A stretch of DNA of 64,000 nt from Flaccisagitta enflata (lineage: Eukaryota), in the NCBI GenBank assembly GCA_965153355.1, contig OZ231126.1:16182001-16246000 (forward strand). The letters are read 5' to 3'. The position numbers and the translations under genes are program-made. Numbering within the stretch: position 1 is the stretch's first letter; each line of letters starts with the position of its first letter. This document shows positions 45,269 through 62,926 of the stretch, one piece after another. The notes below the pieces were generated by a model, which saw only the letters and a list, made by a program, of their open reading frames with translations, had not been told where the DNA came from and ran no database searches.

Positions 45269-45676
45269 GAATATTGTGAAATGTGAATGATGATGATGTT
45301 TGGACTTAAGTGCGATTGTGATGATATTGTAGCTTTCGGTGACGATTATGATTAAGACGATGAAGACAAACAGAACAATGACTGGAAAATCACTGTGAAT
45401 TCACCAAGTGCATGTCCGGGTCAACAAATCGAACTTAGACATCATTTTTCACTCGGTTTTGATGTCTCAAACATTTAAAGTTGGCAATGACACGATGAAA
45501 TGCCATTTGTCGTGTCTGAGTCTGAAAAGTTTCTGTACTTCTGCGTTTTCAATCATATAAGTTACATCGGAATCCATGCATGCATGCCTTAAAAGTTAAC
45601 AGCGGGTGCGTTATCGCGGTGCTCCATTGTATAATCGTTATTCAATCTTCATTTAACTTTAAAAACACAACGACAG

Positions 45677-46135
45677 CGCCATCGCCTTCGGCAGCTACGA
45701 GGGTCTCATCGTTCACTTTGCCTCGGGACTCCTTCACAAAGACGACGACGAGAAGGAAAACACGACTTCATCGTCATTCTTTCCCACAACCACCACGTGG
45801 CCGACTACAACCACAATTACATTAGCGTCAGAAAACGTGAACCGCAGCAACAGTCACAACGTCACCCACGCCCTCGAACACACCACCGCTGCCGACGATA
45901 ACGTCGATGACATTAACGGCTTCGACCAACACAGCATTTCCCAATCCTACCCACGAGTTCAGTTTGACGCCAACGGCAGCGTCGATCTGTTCGCGTTTAC
46001 GCCAATGTTTATGGCGTGGCGTCAAGGAAATTCGGTGGCCGGGTTTCCGCCACTTTTGCTCTTCGCCGCCACCGCCACCAGAAATATCACCACCTTCATC
46101 GCCGTCGATAGAGCGCTTAGACTTCATAAATTCCA
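45677..46135 (+). CDS. GPCR exon 3 (long ECL1 + TM3)
   Basis: Phase-2 acceptor ACAG|C, open frame, LLLFAATATRNITTFIAVDRAL (DRY-like DRA), strong phase-2 donor GTGAGT at 46136. 5' boundary less certain. Confidence 0.7.
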
Positions 46136-46278
46136 GTGAGTGAAACTTTTTTGGTTTCTATTTTTCTTCCTTTTTTCCTCTTTTGTTTCTTTGTTTAGTG
46201 TTTTTTTGGTCTCTTTGTTTCTTTGTTTCTTTGTTTCTTTTCTTCTTTGTTTCTATCTTTCTTTGTTTCTTTCTTTTT

Positions 46279-46356
<78 letters not shown>

Positions 46357-46357
46357 G

Positions 46358-46412
<55 letters not shown>

Positions 46413-46571
46413 TTCTTTTTGGTCTTTCATCGTTTATTTATTTCTTCTTTCCACTTTCCCTTCTATAATTTTTGATTTTTGTCATTTTTTTATCTGTCTT
46501 TCTCTAATTACTTCATTCTTTTATAATAACTTTTAAGAGACTTCTCTGTTTGTTTTTCAGCAAGGCGCTCA

Positions 46572-46666
<95 letters not shown>

Positions 46667-46673
46667 CCTTCAG

Positions 46674-46812
46674 ATACGGCCTAAAGCAACTACGCCGGTC
46701 TGATCGTTCGACTTTGTTCCAAACTTTGTTGTTTGGAGTTTTGCCTTCGTTTGTTTTGGAACTGGCATTTGTCATCGTCATGTCACTCGTGTCATCGCAA
46801 GAGGCAATCATG
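46674..46812 (+). CDS. GPCR exon 4 (ICL2 + TM4)
   Basis: Polypyrimidine tract + CAG acceptor (phase 2); LFQTLLFGVLPSFVLELAFVIVMSLV; GTAAGC donor (phase 0). Confidence 0.75.
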
Positions 46813-46834
46813 GTAAGCATGATACTAATCGATT

Positions 46835-46873
46835 ATAATGATGACGACGACGACGATGATGATAATAATGATA

Positions 46874-46907
<34 letters not shown>

Positions 46908-46965
46908 CGATGACGGTGACGATGACGATGACGATGACGATAACGATGACGATGATGACGATGAC

Positions 46966-47037
<72 letters not shown>

Positions 47038-47173
47038 AATGATAATGATAATCATAATGATAATGATAATGATAATGATGACGATGACGGTGATAATGAT
47101 AATGATAATGATAATGATAATGATAATGATAATGATAATGATAATGATAATGATGATGATGATAATGATGATG
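46835..47173. repeat. Intronic (GAT/GAC/GATAAT)n microsatellite
   Basis: Direct reading. Confidence 0.9.
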
Positions 47174-47968
47174 AAAAACTTCAATGTTTGGAATTTACCT
47201 TTGTTTTGCAACTGGCATTTGTCATGATGTTCTCGTCATGTCACTTGTCGCGTCGCATGAAGCAATCATGGTAAGCATAATGATAATGCTAATGAAAAAA
47301 AAATGGTGGTGATGTTCATGATGTTGGAACTCGTTACAATGCAAGGCACAATTCGGTCATTCAATTTTTGCAAGCGATGGCTTAAAAGATAAGTCCGCTT
47401 ACACGTAAATTGAGCCATGAAAGATAACAACACGCGGGAAATATGACCAATTGACCAAAGTGGACGCGATTACATCGGGTTGGATAGATCCAAACCCTGA
47501 CTCGCTTGACGATGGGCGAATTTCTGACATATTATCAAGACCGATTTCACCCATCTCTCAGTGTATTTTTTTTTTGAATGATGAGTTGACAATGTAATTG
47601 TCTTTATCCCCAATGATAGACATGGCTATAAAGCGAAGAAAATCTAATCATCGGATTTTCTCGACGCAAAAATGCTGTTCGGCGCCTTATCAAAACTATG
47701 ATTTTAAATAGCGCGATGTTTGTCACAGTAGCCTTAATCGCAACAAGGTTGGAAGGATACAATTCTGCTGTATGCTAATTAGGTTTTGGATGAGGGTATG
47801 AGAGTCGGTTTGAATGCATATTACGCTGAAGCATTAACACTCACGGGTCTTGAGACGCTTTGGTTCGATGAAAATACCATCACACATTGTATTGTATTGT
47901 ATTGTATTTGTATTTTTGTCGTGGATATATGCTTTTGTGGCCGTGTTTGATTCTTAGTGTGGCTTATT

Positions 47969-48059
<91 letters not shown>

Positions 48060-48207
48060 TGTGTGTGCGTGCGTGCGTGCGTGTGTGTGTGTGTGCTCGA
48101 GTTTTTGCTGAATTTTAAGCGTGCATTTGTGTCAACTCAATGAAAGTTTTATTATCTAGTAGATGGAAGTGTATCCTGACGAATCCTAACGTTGTTATTT
48201 GATTCTA

Positions 48208-48366
48208 TTTTTTTTTTTAGTCGCGGACACGCGACTCTACACCTTGCCGTGTTGGTCCGTCGGTCCGTCCGTCGGTCCGTAACATTTCTGAATTGCGAGC
48301 AGTTTTCGCATTACTGCTCCTGCCCAACCGTCCGCGACTGAATTGCCGTGTATCCGGCCTTGTTTT
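48208..48366 (+). mobile_element. HINE-like family B, intact copy
   Basis: T-run, AGTCGCGGACACGCGACT inverted repeat, (GGTCCGTC)n, CGCGACT, GCCGTGTATCCGGC hairpin, TTGTTTTT. Confidence 0.85.
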
Positions 48367-48533
48367 TGTTGTCGTTAAATCTCCAGATGACTTTTATACA
48401 AAAATTCTTCGCTTGTCTAACAAGTGTCAAACTTTTGGTCTCAATCACGCAACTCTTTAGGTACATTTTTGGTATTTCAATTGTTATTTGCATAATTGCC
48501 TGTGCTGTTTAACCGGCCTCGTTTCCCGTCTAG

Positions 48534-48674
48534 GTGGTGGTGCATTTTCATTGGGCGATGACATATCCTTTGCCGTTGTTGATTCTATGCGTCGCCACGG
48601 CGGCGATTCTCATCAAAACAAAAGCCAAATCTTCACCTATACTAGGCAAAAATGTCAAGATGCAACAATTAAAA
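48534..48674 (+). CDS. GPCR exon 5 (TM5 + start of ICL3)
   Basis: TAG acceptor (phase 0); HWAMTYPLPLLILCVATAAILIKTK is TM5-like; GTAAGT donor at 48675. Confidence 0.75.
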
Positions 48675-49497
48675 GTAAGTGGTGATTTATATCTATTATC
48701 TTTTCATCTTTACATCCCAATACCTTGATATCGTTTATCAAAAGAGGATGCATTAATTGGACATCTCTTGGCCTTGGCCTTTTTTTTTTCTTTTTGCCAT
48801 GAAATAATCATTTTTTCGGGAAGAAGTTATGATGCAATTTTTCCATAATCCCAAATTGTTACAATATTAGTATGGTTTAATGTAAATGTTATTTCTATCA
48901 ATAAATTGATTTAGATGAACATCAATGTATGAAGGTTCATTCATCTGTGAACTCAACTCTTGCTCTTTTTTTTCTCGATCTTAAATCCTAGAACGGTTGA
49001 ATTTCACTGCCTCATTTGTATAACGCAGTCATTCAAAATTACCGCTCACATAGAAAAACTCCATAAATTGGTTTCCCTATGAAAGTATATTCAATTAGAA
49101 TCAACAATAACGGTATGATGTATTCGTTGGTTTATATGTCTTAAAAAAAGACGGTATATCGCTTTCTTAGCATCGTATTTGATCGCGTCCTGTTCGTTTT
49201 TACTGTTTTGTGCGCTTTCCCGTGCACTCGGAGTTCGGAACAAACCCGGCCCGAGAGTGAGAATCGAATGTCATGTCTCCTCCTCCCCCTCCTGCCCGAT
49301 GATCAAGTTTTATTCTAAGCCCGGCGGCCGTTCGAACCCGCCATTCATTCCTCTGTGGTGATCGTTCATCGGGCCGCTATTCGTTCATCTATGTGTCTTT
49401 ATCCATTCATCAATCCCCAACGATTGGCGGTTCTCTCTCTTCGTCTATCCTCGTCGATCCTTCAGCTAAGTTACGTCTATCTTGTCTGTTTGAAGTG

Positions 49498-54032
<4,535 letters not shown>

Positions 54033-54278
54033 TGCTTTGTTTCAACTTTGTCGCCATTCTTGCGCAAGTTCTGAACTATTTTACTATCGTCATTGTGATA
54101 TGTAGTTGATTAGTCTTTTATCCAGAAAAACCAACAAATATTATTTTAGCGATAGAGAAAATCAAACAAAAATTATTGTAGCATTTTTTCTATGATTGAT
54201 GTCTTTGATGATTTTTTTAGTGACATGTTTTTAGAATTTATCTAATAATTATATAATATTCTAAGGTAGAACCCCCCA

Positions 54279-54288
54279 NNNNNNNNNN
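54279..54288. other. Assembly gap (10 N)
   Basis: Direct reading. Confidence 1.
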
Positions 54289-55462
54289 CTTCCTTCGTCG
54301 CCTGACCATGCGACGAACCTCCTTATCATGCTCCTCCTTCTCTTATTGCTTTGGATTTTGCGCTCCAGAGTCTCCGAGCCAAGCTCTGTTTGATTAGCTG
54401 ATGAGCGCATGAGAGTTTGTTTGTTGCAGCATACCGAAAGTTTTTCAAACTCTTTGAAGAGGAGAGATACTCCGACGTCCGGGCTGATGATACGATACCA
54501 CCAACGCGCCTGCATCCGTTGGTGCTTTTCTTCCGGCGCCGCAGTGTCCACTTCCGGGTCAATGTCTTTCTCCACCGCCCCCATTCACTAACACTCCTCC
54601 TCTGTTTCATCCCTCCCCCCTCCACTCTTGCTCCATCATTGACCGATCTCTCTCTCTTCGCCCCCGCTGCGTTGACGTGCAGCTGCAGACGCTTGATCAC
54701 GAGACGCTGGGCGATCGAAATCAAGGCAAAATTGGCGAGGCGATGGGGGCAAATCCGATGATGATGACGCGCCCGCATGAAGTGTGGAAAGTCCGTCGGC
54801 GGCCGATTGATCGAGATCTGGCCGTAAATCTCCATCTCTGATGACCACCAATGGAGGAAGCGACGCGGGATCAACGGCGCTGGATGGCTGTTGACGATTT
54901 ACCAACGCATCATCTTGCTGACGCTTTTTATTCGCCATTTTTGCGTCTACCACGGAACGAAGGTCGCCATTGAAGGCTGCCAATGCGACAGCCTCCTCCT
55001 CCGCCCCGAACGACGTCGTGGATGCAGATCCTTCTCGAGTCGAGCCGTCGCTGAAGAGTCGATGAAGATCCCAAGGATCCTGAGCTGACGACACGTCGGC
55101 TTCTGCCTCGAGACGCTGTTGACGGGACATCTTGACTTCGACGAATGATTTTAAGATGTAACTGACTTCGTAGATGGAATGACGTCGCCAGCGGAAGCTT
55201 TGAAATGTTCGTTTGAGAACTGACAAAGATAAGAACGGATTTTGGCACAATAATATGTACATATAGAGTTTTTAATGTGTGAGTGGAAATGGACAACATA
55301 ATTGACAAGAGGAAAGATGAAAGCATGGATAATCAGAACCAAATATGAATAATAACAACTCTTTGTAAATATAACAAGTCAGAGTTTCAATCACTCATAT
55401 CTATAGTTACTAATGGACAGGCCCATGCGCCTTTTTCTCTCTCTCTCAAAACTTAGCGTTTT

Positions 55463-58400
55463 TTATGAGTCCAATTCCAGCCGCACGAGCTTCGTGCGGT
55501 CTTTCGTCACGATCTTTCCATCTTAGCGCTGGATGTGAGCTCCTCCGGACATGTGTGGCTGACGAACCACGCCATGACACGTCCTAAGCTCCACCAGACG
55601 AGGTAGTTACCACCATGACGACGACACCATGTCATCAACCTGCAAAGTCTCTCTCGGATCTCGACCATTTGCTTCGCGCATGAAGAAGTGACAAATATTC
55701 GACCCTCCATGATTTCCAAAATATATCCACACGCGATTGCCACGCCTCCGTGAATCTTCGCGGAGTCGGCGGCAGAATTGACGCCTTGTTGCACCAGATC
55801 CAGAGGGCATGGCCGGATGTTGATGGATTGAGGATATGATTCTGTGTAAGGGCCTCAGAGTCATTTGGATCATCGCTGAGCGCTGTTAGAGGGCGATTGA
55901 GAATTCCTTCAGCCGACGACGGCAGTGTTGAAGGCGTCGACGTGGAGGATGGCGCCAGTTGAGATGGAGGCAAGATGGCGCTTAAAGAGAGCGACGATTC
56001 TCTCCCACACCCCTCCATAGTGGGGTGTTCTCGGCGTGATAAAATCCCACCGAAGGCCGCGCCGCTGCAATTCGGGAGTTGACGAGCGGTTCCAAGCTTC
56101 CATTTCCTTCTTGAGGATGTTGTTACGCCGACTAGATTCGTTCCACAATCTGATGTGAAACGGCGGATTCCTGGGCGCCTTGCTGCAAAGCGGATGATTG
56201 CATTTACCATCGCATCGCTGACATGTTGAATTCCACATGGACGGCGCGTGACACGAAACAGGTGAACACTGCGATCCACACCTTGTGATCAGCACGCCCG
56301 TTCATTTTTACCATGAAATGCCCCATGACGTCCAATCCAGTCTCTGCAAAGACAGGCGCCGGATTGACGCGATTTGATGGAAGATTGGCCATTTGCTGAT
56401 TTGCGTTCTTTTTAAAGTTCTTCTGGCATCTAAAGCACGTGTTGATGACGCTCTTGACGGCCTGAAGACCTTTTGTAATCCACACAAATTGGCGTAATTG
56501 GCACAATGTAAGCTTTGCACCCGCGTGAAAATCATTATGATGATAATGGCGAATTAATGATTTCACATTCTCGTCTTTGGCGGCAGGATGAAGGGAAATT
56601 TAGCGTCGTGAGAGATGTCGGCATTCTCCAATCGACTGCCGACGCGAAGGATGCCGTAATTGTCGACGAAAGGGTTCAGCTTCCGCATCTCCTTGTTCTT
56701 TATGATAAAGTCACGACGGCTTTCTGGCTTGAAGACTTTTCCCAATTCCAATTGTTCGAAGACGTCAGAATAATGCTGCCGCTGCATTGACTTGACGAGC
56801 TGTTTGCGCGCCTCCTCCACGACGTCTTGCGTCACTTCCCGGTTTGGGAAGGAGATCTCTTGCTGCTCGTGTCTTCGCCCTTGGATACGCTCTCCACCTT
56901 TGACTGCGATGAGAACCATGCCGATGAATCCGCAATTTCTGCATCCATTTTCCCTAGTTGCTGCAAGAAGTATCGCGTCAGCCACTTGTTTCTCTTCACT
57001 CTCAGCCGCATACAGAGCGGCGACCTGTGCAGAAATAGGGCACGTCGCGATGTTCGTCTTTGGCCATTGATCTTCGGGAAGACGCAAAAATGCAGGGCCG
57101 TGATGGAATTGACGCCATTCCAACGTCTTCATGGGCCTGGATGCCTCTGCTGCAGTGGTCCGCCGGGTTGTTTGACGAGTCAACCCAGCGCCACTGCTGA
57201 GGACTGCACCCACTATGGACCTTGAGACGCATTGGCGACAATACAGGCCTGTTTTGCCGGGATTAAAATCATCTTCAGTGCAGATTCAGAATCAGACCAA
57301 AATCGACGACGAGATTGTCCGTTGATGGTCCTTCCGACTTGCCGCCGCTTTGAGCTGGCACTGCTTTTTTCTGCGGATACACCGAATACGGGAACGCTAA
57401 GTTGATGAGAATGCTTGGATTGAGGATGACGTGAGATTTGGAGGTATGAATGAAATGTGAACATCTCCATCTCGGTTGACTTGACGTCGATATGCAACTG
57501 CTCCATATCCGCCTTTTGGAGCTGCATCGCAAAATAACTCGATTGTGACTTCCGCAATGTCGCTATTGTCGACGCCGCCATTCCACCAGCGCTCAATTCG
57601 ATATTGTTGTAGAAGAGGCCAAGATGAAGAGAAGTGGATGAAAGATTCCCACGCTCTCTTCCAAGGCGTATCCCACTTCCACTTCCTCTGTGGACGACAG
57701 AGTTGAAGATGTCGTCTACCGATGTATGCGCTTGGGCTCCAAAAACCCAATGGATCGTAAAGTCTGGCTAGCATAGAGACCAATTGACGAGGTGTTTTTG
57801 CTCTAAGAGTTTTGAATTCTTCACATCAGCAGATGAAGATGAAGACGTCTTCCGTCGGAAGCCATGAGACGCCCAACACCTTCGTCGGCGCATCATCTTG
57901 CTTATCTGAAATAGGGATTGGCACATTTGGATCTCCATCCATCAATTGCCGCGCATTGCTCTCATTTCACAAGATCCATCCTGCCTTAGTTATCACACAT
58001 TGAATCACTCTTAGTTGCAGTAAGTCACGAATGAATCCCCACTCTACCCCCGCTGCCGACGTAAAAAACCATAGTGCACAAGATCGAGACGTTGTAGGGA
58101 TATTTGGGCCGGATTACTTCAGCATGCTTTCTGACGGTGAAAGACGTGACGAATGAGCTGGATTGGCTAATGAAGACATGTGATAAGAACAGATTCAAAA
58201 TGGCTTCAGAGAGTACTGTCTTTGGAACTAAAGAACTGAATGATCAGCGGCTGCCAGGATGGACGCTGATCTGTGGAAGAACGCCTTTATGTCACACATA
58301 AAGGCGATCTTCCACTGACGAAAACGCATGAGGATGTCCATTAAGCTATTCATCAAATTTGGACCTCCGACGAGCAAATCATTGAGTGAGATCCCGTCGG

Positions 58401-61400
58401 TCGCCGCACGCCCATCGTGACATACGCGCGTTTTTCCGCGCAGTTCAACAATATGAAGCGGTAAGTACCAGCGCGGTTTCTCAATGCCGCCGCCGCCGCC
58501 GACGCATCAATCTCACCGCACTCCTGCCTCGTAAACTCGGCCACTGAAGACTCTTTTTTGTGGTTGCTGATCACGCTAATAAAACGTGACACGAGTCGCC
58601 TTATCGAGTTGGTCGTGATTTCACTCTTCAGAATTTCCATATTCTTCTGATGAAATTTCCATGTGACGTGAGCAAAGTACTTTTTCACAATTGGGCAAAA
58701 ATATGTCTTTTCCTCTAACGTTTTGCACGCTCTGACATTTTCAAGGAATTACCCATCTCCTCTTGCGAGACGATTGACGATGCAAAGTCATGGCAGTAGA
58801 TGCGGTCAATGTTGTTGAGGACGCGATTGTCGAGGATGCGATCGATATTATCGTTGAGGACGCGGTCATCCGTCAAGCGTTGATCGACGAATATTCCTGC
58901 CCTCTCTGCCCAAGTTTCACATACAGTCCAACCGAACAGACATCTGGAAGCAAGTCGAAGATCCTGAAGGCCCTCGACGGATTTCTTGAGCGACGGCGGT
59001 ATCCGCATGCGCCGCTCCGATGATCATCATCACACCGCCTTCAGCTTCTGGAAATTTTATGCTTTCGACGTGAGGTTGGTCAGATAGGTCGCGGAGAAAA
59101 GGAGGAATGTCATACCACCGTTAACAAATCACCCACCAATGCGTCGCTGATGTCGACGATATATTCTTCGCCGACCGATTGCATAGTGAATGATGCGATG
59201 AAACGATCCTCAACAACATGACTTCCCACAGTAATTACCGTCATTTGTACTGCTTTTGATGGAATCAGAAGACCGTTAATGACATTGGTACTGATCACGT
59301 CGCGATCAGCGCCTGAGTCGATCATAGCGTAAATCGTCCTCTGCGCACCCGAAGAATTGTTTATGATAGTCACTGGAACAATCGGACGGACAACGTCGTC
59401 GAATGAAGAGACGGACCGCGACGTTGCCGTCGCCGCCAGTCATGCCGTGACGTTAGAAGAGATCACCAGAGATTGGCTGCTCACCGCCGACGAGCTGTTG
59501 CAGGTTGCTGCAGCCGCATCTCATTCTCTTTGAAGGAGCCAGCGGTAATTTTATTTCCCGCTTATTTTCCTTTCTTCCTTTCAGGTGCTACCGTGATAAT
59601 CGGCAGGCGCTTTCTTGCAGATCTGGCAAGTTGGTCTGTTCGCGCATCCTTTGGCGTTGTGTCCTGGCGCGAGACAGTGGAAGCAAAGACGACGAGACAT
59701 GATCTTTTGGACTCTCGCGTCAACTTCCAACTCTAACAGCTGATGACATTCTTCTGTCTGATGCATTCCACTGCAGATCGGTCCACATCACGTTCTTTTT
59801 GCTTAAGTTATTGGTCAAAGCATCTTCATATGATGATGGCTCTTTTTTCTCTGTAGTTGCGACTGCTGTCACTGATGCTGTTTTGCAGCTTGCGCCTTTG
59901 CTCACCACGCTCATGTTCCGATCATATTGACCAAGTTGTTTAATGAAAATAATTGTCCATTTTGGGCTGCTTCATGTTGCTTTTCCCAGAATTTATCTGC
60001 AAGATGAGGGACCCTCTTGTTGAGGATCTCCTGCAGCAGCTCGTCACGATAGCATTGTTGCACTTCTCCACAGGTCCTCGCAATCTTCTTTGCCTTTTGC
60101 AACCTTGCAGACAAATTGAAATGCCTTGCATGGTCGTCCGTCGACCACCCTTCGCCCCGCGACGATTTTCATGGAACAAGCCGCAATGTTGCAGCGCCGC
60201 TAAGAAGACACGCCCATTTTTGGCGGCTACGCCATTAATTTTCTCCTCTTGCTGTCGCTTCAGTTGCATCAATCGCCGCCGTTTCGGCGATCTCTTTTGC
60301 CGGACCAGCAAACCACTTAGGCAATTCCAATAAGATGTCCATTTGCGTCAAGCCTCATGCTTCTCAGCATCTTTGAACTTCCTCTTCCACATCATAAAGG
60401 CGGATGAAAGCTCCTGCAGAGGCTTCTCAGGCCTTGCTCTCTCCAAGCTTTGAGGCCGACCTCCCTTGCTCGCATGAGATCATTGTACGTCGCTCTTTCC
60501 AAAACCTGTCCAGAGCTGGATTGTTGGGCATCTGAACATGGACTTCCGGTTGACGTGCTACTTGATGATGCTCCACTTGATGATACGCTGGAGGTTGTTG
60601 GATGAAGGCGTATTGACCCCCGACTTTTACCGGAGATCTCTTTTTGGTGGTTTTTACACTCCACCCAACTTCCTTTTGCTGATTCACTTGTTGTTGACGA
60701 TCATCTTGATGGAATCTGGGAGCATCAAAATCTTGATGGACGTACTTTCGCTGTTGTTGTTCTTCTTTTCGTTGTCTCTCTGCTCGCAGGCAAGGTCAAA
60801 GTCTCTTCATGAATCTGCATCTTCAAACTATCCACTTGCTGCTGCAAACGTTGATTCTGCTGGAAGACTTCCGCTTGAGGCGTTGCTAGAGGCGCTTGCG
60901 CTACTTTCGGCGCCTTCGGCTGCAATCCACTCATTGTCTTCTTGGGAGCGACTTTTCTTCTTTCTTTATCTTGCAGCTGCCAAGTTAACTTCGCGTCAGC
61001 GGCCTCTTGCTTCTGCCTCCTGCGCATTGCCTCCGCCGCATCACCTCCGCTTCCGGCTGTGTTGAAGACCTTTTCCTCTTGACGGGGAAGACCAGTCTCC
61101 CTTCTAGCAGAACCAATCTGCTTCTCGAAGATCACTTCCGGTGCGGTAGGGAGAATCGCTGCTGCTGGGGTTTGATGATGTTGATCCTGATGTTGCTGTT
61201 GTTGTTGGAAGCCGCTATGCCGTTGCCACTGTTACGTTGAAGCTGCTGTTGCTGGTCAGGACGCTGTTGCTGTTCATTCTGCTGCTGCAGTTGACGCTGG
61301 TGCTGTCCTTGCTGCTGCTGCTGCTCCAACTGTTGCTGCTGCTGCATCGGCTGCTTGACGGACGTTTCCACTGACTGCACATGACGCTGCTGTATGTTCA

Positions 61401-62926
61401 ATTCGAACAACTCGGATTGAAATTTCTGAAGATAGATCGACGGTCTTTGGCGGATGCTGCGTTGTTGCTGGTCCAGCTTCCAGACAGTTGTCTAAGTCAC
61501 ATCCCGCTGCTCTAGCTCCACTAGTCAGCCATTCGCTGCTCAGGCTATTCCAGTGCTTTCGTTGCATTTCTGCCGCATTGTTGAATACTCCTGCTCTTCT
61601 ATCTTCATCTCGTTGCTGCTGGCGAAAGTTCAAGGCACATCTCTGTCATATAACTCTTGTCTTCTTGTGATGAGCTTCGCTGTTGGAACCCCAATGGCTA
61701 CCGCGACGGCTTTGGAGTTGCTGCTGGCACCACTCACCTCACCTTCAGCCATCATAACAGACGTTGATCTGCAAGGCGTTGCTGTCTCTCTTCTGTCTCT
61801 CACTGACGTTCTCATGCTTTCTCGACAAGATGGTTGTTTGAAGCTGGAGGATCTGCTCGCCACCGCTGGGATTCGTGGGCGGAAGGTTGTTGCTGCCGTT
61901 GTTGCTGTTGCAGATTTTCTCCCGCATCGCTTTTGCCGCTGTTGCTGTTGTTCCTGTGCGGCTGCATTGCCGTTTGTCGCAGCTCTTGCTGTTGTTGCTG
62001 TTGCTGTTGTTGCCTGTTGTTGATCGTGTTGTTGTTGTTGTTGAGCGCCGGCTGCAGGATCTTGTTGACAAAATTGTTGAGCTGCTGTAACTGCCGCTGC
62101 TGCAACAGCTCTTGTTGCCGCCGCTGAGCCGTCGCTTGCTGCTGCTCCTGTGGTCGGTGGAGTTGACGCTGCTGTTGGAGCCGCTGCCGCACCCGCAACT
62201 GATGCTGCTGCTGTTGCTTCTGCTGCCGCCGCTGCTCCTCCTCCCGTTGTTTCTGCTGCATATCGCCAATCAGCCGACGGCTTTGTCGCATTGCCTCCTC
62301 CAACTGCCTGCCCCATCTGTCTCTCACAGCACTCCTGTTGATTGCTGCCGCTCGCTTCCTGCTAATCCGTTGATGATCCCACGGTTTCTTGTGAGCTGCC
62401 AAGGTCGTCGAGATCCGCAAGCATCTCGTCAGCTTGCTCCATCGGAGACGCACGCTGCAGGTTCACTTTCTGAGACCAAATTCTGATGCCCATTGATTGA
62501 CGGTATCTCCTTCTTTGGATCAGCGGCAGATTTAAAAATTGGCCGCCAGTTGGAGATTGTTATGCGCACTGGCGTCGCGACCGGAAGTGGTAGATACTCG
62601 GATCTGTCGGGGTTCGGCGAAGACGTTCGCATCCCGGGAGTTCGAGCGCCGGTAACATTGTCACGGGTGGCGTGGGTGTCAGTTGGGAGACTGTTCCATG
62701 AGAATTCGTTGACGGGTCTTTTGCGATTCCCAATGTCATTATGCACTGCGTTCACGATGTCGGCGTTGGAAGGAAAACCCTCTGGATAGTTTTTACGATC
62801 AAAGAAACGCATGGAAACCCACTCGCGCCGGATTCGACGCAAAGAAGACGCCGCGACTCGAAGAGGGTCGCCGGGCATCGAGTCGAGCGCCATTTGTCTT
62901 GCATACGATATAAAGTCGTAGACCAT
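55463..62926 (-). mobile_element. BEL/Pao LTR retrotransposon gag-pol, heavily frameshifted
   Basis: Minus-strand order: Q-rich Gag, knuckles LCFHCLAPGHNAKGC..CQIC (~59.6-59.8 kb), protease YAMIDSGAD (~59.3 kb), eroded RT region, RNase H (LYDPLG, FCDAA..GYGAVAY, FWSDS, NPADHCSRG), integrase (HH..HAG..CFRC, GLDVMG, SDCGTN, PHYGGVWER), C-terminus KLVRLELDS* at 55463. LTRs not identified. Confidence 0.9.

Noticed and set aside
49150-49260. VLFVFTVLCAFP as the GPCR TM6 exon
   Set aside because: Weak acceptor, charged residues in the putative helix, no TM7 partner, and it lies in the leader of the BEL-derived ORF.
54033-54278. 3' LTR of the plus-strand BEL-derived ORF after a PPT-like tract
   Set aside because: No matching direct repeat seen by eye upstream (48.7-49.4 kb); cannot be supported without other copies.
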